A DNA stretch of 64,000 nucleotides from Catajapyx aquilonaris (taxonomy: Eukaryota), in contig KZ538063.1 of NCBI GenBank assembly GCA_000934665.2, positions 124,001-188,000 of the forward strand, given 5' to 3'. Both the position numbers and the translations under genes were made by a program. Positions 53,999-63,196 of this stretch are shown piece by piece; the stretch's first letter is position 1; every line of letters starts with the position of its first letter. The notes under the pieces are model-generated. The model searched no databases. It was not told the DNA's origin and was given only the letters and a program-made list of their open reading frames with translations.

Positions 53999-54071
53999 GT
54001 TTGTCCGCGGCGAGTCATCAGTAGTGTGCAGAGATGAGCCATCTATGTGAGTGTTATGGTACTACGTCCAC
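53999..54071 (-). mobile_element. Family A repeat copy with internal deletion
   Basis: gtttgtccgcggcgagtcatcagtagtgtgcagagatgagccatctatgtgag..tatggtactacg. Confidence 0.8.
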
Positions 54072-55697
54072 GATCCCATACCTGAAGGATTCATCTGTTT
54101 GAGCAGTTCTCCGTGGGAAAAAAGAGATCCGGATCGGGGCTGTCACATCTGATGATCCGGATGGAAATACGGGCACGGAATTGTGGAGAGTACATGGTTC
54201 CATCCTCATTTGTCAGGGCCCGTTTTATAAGTCCAGGACCTACAAAAATTCCAGACCAGACCTCGCTCTTTTTTTGTGTACGTACAGTATGTCCCACTAG
54301 TGGAGTGGGACGTCCCGAGTGTCGTCTGACATCTGCGGACGCGATAAGCAAACCGGACTGATCGGGTTAAACTCACCCCCCCTCTGAAGCTGCAAGACCC
54401 GCCCATCATGCTACTATGCTATCGACTATAGCGTTTTTCCTACTCGCTCTTCTCTACCCCCCAAAAAGTCGATATGTGGAGGTGGGCCAACTTGACTTCC
54501 GATTCACAAAAAAAAAGAGAGATAGAAATTTTTGTTCGTATCTAGCCTCATTTGCATGCCAATGTCTCAGGCCTTGGCCCATGTTGGACCGGGTTACGAC
54601 TCACTACAGGAAATCCGACCCTGATAGGACGAATTAGCATAGCTGCTGAAACAAAAATTGGCATCAACTAACCTGCACCCCCCCCCCCCCCAAAGTAGCA
54701 GCTAAGCTAGAATTAGCTAAGAAAAATGGAGCATCTGCTGGAAGTGACAGTATAGCTGCTTAATCAATAGCTCACTTTAAATAACCATATAGCTGCATAA
54801 AAGAGAGACTGCTTAAAGTAAAGCAACCACATATTTTATGCAGCTGGTTAAAATGGCAGTGGAGCTTTTAAACGAGGAAAAATAGGCAATTTGACCACCA
54901 TGCGATTAATATCAGTAACATTCTAGTTAACTCAGTAACTGCTACTTTGACCACCATGCGATGAAATATAGCAGTGACGCATAAGTTTTAGTTTTTAGCG
55001 CAGCAGCTACTTGTATTTGCTAGATGTCCTCGTCACTTCCGCAACCTTTTATTCTTCTTCTCCGAATCAATTTATTCTCTCTATGATATAATGGGGTCTA
55101 CCCAGCGGGAGGGCCGACTGATAATAAAAATGGCGGACGGTTGGAATTAATTAAAGAGCCTGGTCGCGTGCAATATCCATGTCCACAACTTTTCTGGGGG
55201 GGGAGGGGGAGGGGTTGATTTTTTTTTAAAAAAAGGGGGGGGGGGGGAATTGAGGTTAGAGCTCTCGGTGGGCCAATCCGAGTTGGGACATTTCAAAATC
55301 CATCCTTCAAACTCTTCTCTCTTTTTTTTGGTGCATTTTAGAGGGTGGCATCAGGGTTGCCAATTGCGTTAAAAATAAGACCGGGGGGAGTAATGGGTTG
55401 GGGAGGCGGTTGTGATGACAATAAGGGTTATATAGGAGAGACGCACAACCAGGTTTTGCATTATTGCTCCTCTGAGGTGCCAGCCAGGGAGAGGCGGCCA
55501 TATTTCCAGAATTTGCATAATGGATGAGCGCGAGATACTTCTTTTTTCGGGGTCGGTCGGTTGGTTCATGGAGGTGCCTTCAGGGGGAGGGTTGGCTGAT
55601 TTGCATCCCGAAAGCCAAGGACGACCTGCCCAATCGAATGGCTAGACTCGAAATCCACGCTTTAAAAAAAATATACATGTTCGTAAAATGGCGCGTA

Positions 55698-55849
55698 CAA
55701 GTGTTGGTCATAAATAGAGGCAACCGCCAGCGACATTTTCTGAAGCGGCAGAAGAAGGAATCGAACTTACAAGCCGGGCGAGCAAGATTCCTTCTTCTGC
55801 CGCTTCGGAAAATGTCGCTGGCGGTTGCCTCGATATATGACCAACACTG
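55698..55849. mobile_element. MITE family B, second TIR subtype
   Basis: TA|caagtgttggtcata..gaggcaaccgccagcgacattttc...gaaaatgtcgctggcggttgcctc..tatgaccaacactg|TA. Confidence 0.9.
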
Positions 55850-56179
55850 TACAGGGCAGTTTTAGCATCTGATGACGTCGCATCATGGTCAAATTTGAGC
55901 AGCAGCTATGTAGCTGCTAAAAGAGCAGTCACTGTAGTCCAGTAGCGATTGCTGATTGCTTCCTATATCTTGGAATCACATGTAGGGCAGTTTAAAAATA
56001 CGGTATGACAGGTCATCTTAAATGCGGTATGACAGGTCATCTTAAATACGGTATGACACTTCATCTTAAATGCGGTATGACACTTAACTGATATTAAATA
56101 CGGTGTCGCAACAATTATTTTCAAATACGAAACTTTTCAGGCCTACTTAACATCTAATTTATTATTTATAGTCTTAGCA

Positions 56180-56372
56180 ACACTGTAAACCGCAATTCAT
56201 TAAAAGAGCATCACTGGCGAGTCTCTCATGGAGTATCAATATTTTAATGCTCTTGCGATGTTTTTTTAGCAAAAAAAAACATCACAGGAGCATTAAAAGA
56301 GCATTAAAAATTGATGCTTCATGGGTGACTCCCTAGTGATGCGCTCTTTTAATAGATTGCGGTTTGCGATGT
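56180..56372. mobile_element. Degenerate foldback element
   Basis: aaaccgcaat..attaaaagagcatcact..ttaatgctc..gatgttttttt / aaaaaaacatc..gagcattaa..agtgatgc..ctcttttaat..attgcggttt. Confidence 0.7.
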
Positions 56373-57690
56373 ACCAAAAACACGTCGAGAAATGCGAATT
56401 AAAAGCTATCAGCATTTCACTGCTACTTTTAATAACGGTCAGTAATCACTGCTACTAATAGAAGTGATAATAACTGTTACTAAATAGCAGTTAGTAATCA
56501 CTGATATTTTTAGATAGCAATATCAATCACTGCCTGTCAAATATCAGTTAGTAACTACCGCTACAAATAGCAGTTGGCAATAACTGATATTTTATAGCAA
56601 TATAAATCACTGCTATTAAATATTAGTTATAAATCCCTGCTACTTATATCAATTAAGAACTAATCGTTAGATAGAAATAGCAATTACTGATGTTTAACAG
56701 CTGTTAGAAATCACTGCTTCTAAAATCAGTAATAACTGCTACTAACACCAGTTATTAATAGCTGATATTTTGGATAGCTATAACAATTACTGCTGTTCAA
56801 TATAGCAGTTAGCAATCAATGTTACGTTTAAAAAGTAGTTAGTAACCACTGATATATTTTGCACAGCAACTAGTAACCATTGATACAAGGTATTTGAATA
56901 GAAGTTAGTAATCAATGTTAGTTGCGAAAATCGCAATTTTCAGCACGGTATTGGCAGATTTTCGCAGGATTTTCCACTCAAACGTGGCTTCTCTAGATGC
57001 GAAAATACTAATCGGCGGCTTGAGTCTAATAGAGGCCGGATGATGACCCCTTGCAGACACAGGTGGAGGTGACCTGACACCATTTGGCGGGGGTTAATCA
57101 GAAGACAAGAAGCGGCGGCGGGCACGTGAACCTAACCCCCAGTTAATGCCAGTTAATTGGAGGATGAAAAGACGGGGGTCGAATTTGGTAAAAGTTGGAC
57201 AAAAGGGGGAGAGAGTTGACGGGTGGCATTAATGATGACTGCGTGGCACTGAGGGAGAGAGGGAGGGAGGGAGGGAGGGAGGAAGAACCATTATCTGAAC
57301 AAACGGAGCCAAAGCCACCCCCCAGATGCTCCAGAGAGACGGGGACCTTATTCTTTATCAATAATGTGAAGAGAGAGCCTCATTGGACAGCCTCATCTCA
57401 TTATCTCTCCTTCCCTTGCCTCATTCATAAACCTGTCTTTCACCTGACAAATTACTCCTGGGGAGGGGGAAGGAGCAGACGGGGGAGGAGACGGGGGAGG
57501 GAAAAAATGAACCCCCTCTCCCCACCCCTCCCTTGCAAGACATTGTTCGTCTGTGATAAGGAGACGGTAATGGCATCCAGACGACGCTAATTTCCCTCCT
57601 CGTCTCTTACTTCCAACCACTGACAGGGTTTGTTTCTGGTGTCAATTCACCCCAGAACATACATCCTCTCAACTCTCAAGGTCCCTATAG

Positions 57691-57788
57691 GTACTATCCC
57701 TAGGTACCAAAAGAATTGACCGGTGTTGATGGGTATATAGCACCACATACCCATCAACTCCGGTCAATTCTTTTGGCGCCCATAGTAC
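57691..57788. mobile_element. Small foldback element
   Basis: ccaaaagaattgaccggtgttgatgggtat / atacccatcaactccggtcaattcttttgg (29/30 paired). Confidence 0.75.
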
Positions 57789-58356
57789 AAGGTCTGGACC
57801 ATGTTCTCGGTACCGTATTGAATTATTCGATACTTTGATTTGTATCCTGTACACTGTACAGTACTGGGCACGGCTGGGCAGGTTCGTATAGCATTGGTGG
57901 CGCTGAGAGCCACTGCAGCAAAAGAGCGAATGAAAGTGACCAGTTAGTATCGAGGTTAGTATTATAGCCATATTATGCTATATTATTTATAGCAAATCAG
58001 TTATTAGTTATGTGATAGATATTTCATGTATTAGCTAATAATTTATAATATATTAGTTATAAAAACGGCCACATGTTAGTTATATTATAACAGTTACTTA
58101 TTATTTCAGCTATTTATTATTAGTTATAACAGTTACTTATTATTTCAGCTATTTATCATATTAGTTATATCACTTACATATTATATTGGTTTTGTGGATG
58201 ATATTTCATATATTCACTAATAACTGCACTATCAGTTTTCTAATATATTAGTTATAAAAACCGCCACATATTAGTTACATTACGGCAGTCACCTATTATT
58301 TCAGTTATTTATCATATTAGTTATATCAATTACATATTATATTAGTCGTGTATCAG

Positions 58357-58493
58357 GGGGTGGATTCATCAAATGTTGCAAGACACATTTTCGTCGTGAC
58401 CGGTCGTAACCGTAATAGTTAATAATTATTAGTAACTATTGTTACTACCGATTACGACGAAAATATTTGTCTGCCATTAGATGAATCCACCCC
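58357..58493. mobile_element. Palindromic MITE with GGGGTGGATTCATC termini (possibly PIF/Harbinger-like)
   Basis: ggggtggattcatc...gatgaatccacccc plus internal pairing attttcgtcgt/acgacgaaaat; TSD uncertain (possibly CAG). Confidence 0.75.
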
Positions 58494-58794
58494 AGTTATA
58501 TTAGTTATACGTCAAAGCCGTTAGATTATAATACATTATCAGCTGTATCAAATTAGTTATCTGTTATATTAGTTATGCAGAGTATATTACATATTATGTT
58601 AGTTATTATTATTATTATTTTTACGTTACCCCGTGCTAGGGCCATTGGCCCTTTTAGGGGGGTGGGATACCACCATTTGCTTCAATTTTCTATTTTTTCT
58701 TCTTCACTCCGGTGCAAGGATGAAAGGTCATGGGGAAGGGATAGGGATTTTTTGGGGAGAGAACATGGGTGCAAGGTGCACGTCTGCAAACGGG

Positions 58795-58955
58795 TCATGT
58801 GCTGTTCCCCAGGAGGTTAGGTTGCCAGACACCTCCTTGGTGCAGTTCAGAGACCCTCCTGACGCAGGTGAAAGGAAAGTTCCCCAGGCGGGGATCGAAC
58901 CTGGGGCCTTTCACACAGCAAGCCGTGACGTTACCATCACGGCCACCACACCTCC
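58795..58955 (-). mobile_element. tRNA-derived SINE
   Basis: Minus strand has A-box-like TGGCCGTGATGG and B-box GGTTCGATCCC at tRNA-like spacing, followed by a non-tRNA body; no proper cloverleaf. Confidence 0.6.
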
Positions 58956-59665
58956 CCCATATTATATTAGTTAACTAGGTATTGGTTGTTAAATCGTCAC
59001 TTCGATTCGCCCTTTCGCCGTATAGGATCTCGAAACCATCAATTCATGTCATGGATTGTAGTGCAACAGTCCATCAGACCATGGTTCCAAGTGATCATCA
59101 GTAGTTTTTATTCAGAATGGGGGGGGGGGGGGGGNGATACGAGCTTAAGGATTTATTGGCTGCAAGATTGCCTAATTGAGGTCCCGGCATTTTTGTGTGC
59201 CAAAAAAACCAGCATCAGAAATGGCGGAGGGTGAAACGCCCCTTGAGCAAACATCATTGGTCCCAAAACGGCATCCCCTGTTTTTAAGTGAGAGTGAAGG
59301 CCATGATGGATGATGAATCCAGCCGTGTTTTAAATGGACGCGGTCGGAAAATGATCACGTTATCTGCAGCCACCCCCTTCCCACCCTGCGCCCCCATCCA
59401 AAAAAAAATTAGCATCACCCTTCCACCTCCCCCCAACTGGCTAAAAGCACCGCCAGTAAAAAGCAGGCAAAAAGAGCATCCAAAAACTGCGGTCACGAGT
59501 CTTGGATGGACAGCTCGTGCATCATAGGACACCTCTATAATTGATCGACCAATAATAATCTAGGTAAAGCTGAAGCCAAAAAATTCGTGCCCGAAAAATG
59601 GCTCCCAAAGTGCTTCTCTGGTTGGCGGAATATTGTATTGAATCTGTTTCCAACACTGATCATCA

Positions 59666-59810
59666 GTTTGTTAGTTAGTCCGGGGTGAGTCATCACCTCA
59701 ACTCAGCCATATCCACACCCCTGCCACTGTCAGTGCCAGCGAGGGGTAATCGGTAATGGTACTACCAGATGGGCTGAGTATGTTGACACCAGACAAACAA
59801 ACTAACAAAC
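59666..59810. mobile_element. Family A-related mosaic copy
   Basis: Reverse 3' end (gtccggggtgagtcatca) followed by forward core (cctgccactgtcag..gcgaggggta..tggtactac). Confidence 0.5.
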
Positions 59811-60579
59811 TAGCATAGCCGATTAGTAGTATAGGAAAACAATTTCAAGAACTTGTCTGGAATAACTGGATGCATCGTAAACAAATTATGGCCATATTTA
59901 AATTCACCAAAATTCTAGATAAAAACATTACATAATAAATCAGAAAGTTTCTCGGCATGTATTTATCTACGGGCTACCTAACTCACTTTCAGACTACTGA
60001 GAGTGAAGCATCTTGGCACACTGATGGCTTACCAGGCTGATTCAGGGAAAGGTCTGAAAACTGCACTTTTTTTTAAGTAGTACAAATTTTTATTTAAATT
60101 GAGTACTTTCCCTATACTGTAATGAGCAAACATCGACGTCGCTTAGCCAAGTTACACTTCTTGTTGAGCGCCTTGTAATCCGAACTTAATCCTTTGGCAA
60201 AGCGTGCTTTTACATGTAAGTCAAGGCGGAAACTAGCAGGCGCATGACAACCCCACTCACAAAGTTCAAGTACTGTCGTTACACAATGGGGTCGTGTTCA
60301 AACCTCTTAACTCCACGGGTAATTAAACCGTCCAGATGAGGGTTAAACACCTCAAATAAATCGAGTGTATTTCGAAACTAAGATTAGTTAATGTATAGAT
60401 ATGCTTAGCGTCCTATATTCATAAGCCACTTCTATACAGTTGTTAGATTTAAGTCATTTGCTCGTTAAGTACTTAAAAATTAAACAGACAAATAATTCGT
60501 GGATTTTGCATCTACTGCAAACTAAATATTGCAAATGTTTCATATTTTGAAACTCACCTTATAAACTTATCAGGTAACA

Positions 60580-60892
60580 CATCGATTCGACTCGCTTTCC
60601 GATGTATCAATATATCGATATATTGAATTATTAACTAATATATCGATATAATGAAATATTAACTAATATATCGGTATATTGAAGTATTAACTAATATATC
60701 GATATAATGAAATATTAACTAATATGTCGATATAATGAAATATTAACTAATATATCGATATATTGAAATATTAACTAATATATCGATATATTGAAATATT
60801 AACTAATATATCGATATATTGAAATATCAACTAATATATCGATATATTGAAATATTAACTAATATATCGATTTGATTTGCTTATCGATGTAT
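60580..60892. repeat. 28-bp minisatellite containing TATCGATA (DRE-like palindrome)
   Basis: (tatcgatatattgaaatattaactaata)n, about 9-10 units. Confidence 0.92.
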
Positions 60893-61017
60893 AGAAGCTA
60901 TTGTGTATTTTCCGGAAGGCTACCTGATATTTCAGCGTACATGTTTGCAAAGTTTACGTCAATTTTTTTTGCACACATTCCGCCTGCCAGCTGCGGTCCA
61001 ACAATCGCATTTGTTAC

Positions 61018-61517
61018 CTCCCAAACTTTCGCCTATATTGAAAAGTTGGCTGGAAATATTTATATACGGTTTCATGCCCGTAACTGGCTTCCAGGCAAAG
61101 AGAACCGGCTTTATGTCCCATCTCTTGACGATAAAATTGCTCAATATCATCTGAGTCAACAGGACCTTCAGGGCTTCTTGTATCGACGTCGTCTCCCTTG
61201 CGAATATTTTCGCAGCGTCACTTTTTTTTACTTCAAAAAAGATAAAAAGGAACCTTCCATACCTTTTTAAAAAAACCGCTTAAAAAGGACACGTCGATGT
61301 AACTTACTTTTCCCTTCACCGTCGTCTGCAAATGATTGCAATGCAATTTGGCCATACTGTACGTTGGAAAATGGATATTAGGTTTGCAGGTAATATGGCC
61401 CAACAAAGGAGATTCAATAGTGAGGAGTTATGGGTAGTACTCAATTACTGAGACCGCTGCTAGACAAGATGATGGGAGGAAAAATAGCAACAAAATTGCG
61501 GGGTTATGTGACGACAT
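61018..61517 (-). CDS. Possible small nested gene or pseudogene: exons 61517-61449, 61356-61308, 61230-61018 (or read-through to stop at 60959); unknown product with signal-peptide-like N-terminus
   Basis: caaaATG start, two short GT-AG introns (92 and 77 nt) with compatible phases, open frame MSSHNPAILLLFFLPSSCLAAVS/YGQIALQSFADDGEGK/IKKSDAAKIFARETTSIQEALKVLLTQMILSNF... No recognised homology. Confidence 0.3.
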
Positions 61518-61596
61518 TTTTGGACCGGGTCCTAAATCACTTTAACTGTGCGTGTGAGTGAAATAAGTCGTCTCTCTTGTTCCTTGCCGAAATGTA

Positions 61597-62270
61597 CAGT
61601 GCAGAAATGGTGAAGTACTGGTGGTGCTAAGACCAGATGCGGCAAAAGAGCGAATCGAATCTGTGTATTAATTTATGCAACGATTTCAATTCGCTTTTCG
61701 ATGTATCGATGCATTTACTACACATCGATTCGAGAATCATTACATTATCTAATACGATACATGGATTCGAGTATCGATATAATTCAATTCAATTCGCTTT
61801 CGATATATCGATATATTACGTGACACATCAATTCAATTCGCTTTCGATATATCGATATATCAATAATTATTAACAGCACATCGACTCGAGTAGCGGTGTA
61901 TCTAGGTATTAATTATACATCGATTCGAGTATCGATATATTATGTAACAGATCAATTCAATTTCTTTTCGATATATCGATGTATCAATTATCAACTGTAC
62001 TTTGATTCGAGTATCGATATATTAATTAACAGATGGATTCGCTTCTCCATGTATCAATATAACTATGCATTGATTCGAGTATTGACATGTTCACTAAAAT
62101 ATTGATTCGAATCACTTCTCCATGTATCGATATATTAACCAAAACATCAATCCGATTCGCTTTTCAAAGTTTCGATCTATCGATGTATTAACTAATGAAT
62201 CGATTTGCTTCGCTTTTTGCCGCAACTGCCCCAGGCGCCACCAGTACTTGACCATTCCTCTCCGGCACTG
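61597..62270. mobile_element. MITE family I (674 bp, CAGTG termini, TA TSD) with ATCGAT-rich internal repeats
   Basis: TA|cagtgc..aatggtgaagtactggtggtgc..tgcggcaaaagagcgaa pairs with ttcgctttttgccgca..gcgccaccagtacttgaccatt..gcactg|TA; related TIR fragment at 57859-57932. Confidence 0.8.
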
Positions 62271-62639
62271 TAGTTCTAAAGATATTATTACAAAGCCAAT
62301 AATTGCGTTAAAATGACCATATTTCCACTCGAACAATCCAGCGTATTTGATCAGATCACTAGTGATCTGCACAAAAAAACTTGACGTGATCTGATGGTGT
62401 CAAAAAAGAAACGATCGAAAAACCACTCGTATCAGGCGAGTCATGTGCGAGGCAGACCATCCATCTTGGTTTCTTTATCTGCATGAGACGTGTCCCGCTT
62501 CTCTATTTTTTTCCTTCTAACCCTTAGGCGCTTTTTTTTTGTGAGTGAGCGAATCACAGGTGAAAAGAGAAGTAAGTGGCGTGACTTTGATCCCGTTATT
62601 TCCTTCGGGGCACGTCCTTTTGTTGAGCAAATATTGGGA

Positions 62640-63196
62640 AGCCACGGTTGGTCCCAAAAGCATGTTTACCGCGGGCCCGAAAATGGCAGAGGTTGGCCAC
62701 ACTGGATACAAAATGGCGTTTGTGTACGCAAAGAATAGACCAGAGGCTACTTGGGCTGGAAATTTCACGCCAAAAAATGTGCACGCATGTTCCCTGGAGC
62801 GACTTTTGGCTCTAAAGTAGCAGAGAGAAAAAGGATAGGTTGGTTAACTGAAGCGAGCTGGATCCAAAATGGAGATTGCCTATGCAAAAAAATAGTATTT
62901 GTGAATCAGCCTGGAAAGTCCCTGTCCTATCAGCAATACACGCGTATGTATGAAGTGGGATTTTTTTGGCCCGAAATAGGACGATTAAAAATGAAGGTTG
63001 GCCAACCGAAATGAAATGGATACAAAATGGCCGCTGCGTATCCCTGGAGCAACTTTAGCTGCGCATAATATGTAGGTTGGCCAAAACGTGAGCTAATCGG
63101 TTTCAAAATGGCTAACCCATCTAGTCCAATCCGAGGGACCAAAAATGGCCGCTCATAACTCGTAGGTAGGTCTATCCATCCGGATCCAAGATGGCG
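62640..63196. repeat. Degenerate repeat cluster with AGGTTGGCCA and AAAATGG motifs
   Basis: aggttggcca..ggatacaaaatggc..tccctggagcracttt at ~62690-62806 and ~62995-63056. Confidence 0.6.

Noticed and set aside
58880..58955. Possible tRNA gene
   Set aside because: A/B boxes are present, but there are no consistent acceptor or anticodon stems; better explained as a SINE head.
60580..60892. CRISPR-like appearance of the 28-bp and other 24-40-bp arrays
   Set aside because: Head-to-tail units without unique spacers, no cas genes, eukaryotic context.
5010..60892. Idea that all arrays have units in multiples of ~10.5 bp (nucleosome phasing)
   Set aside because: Measured units (24, 25, 27, 28, 31, 32 bp) are not consistently helical multiples.
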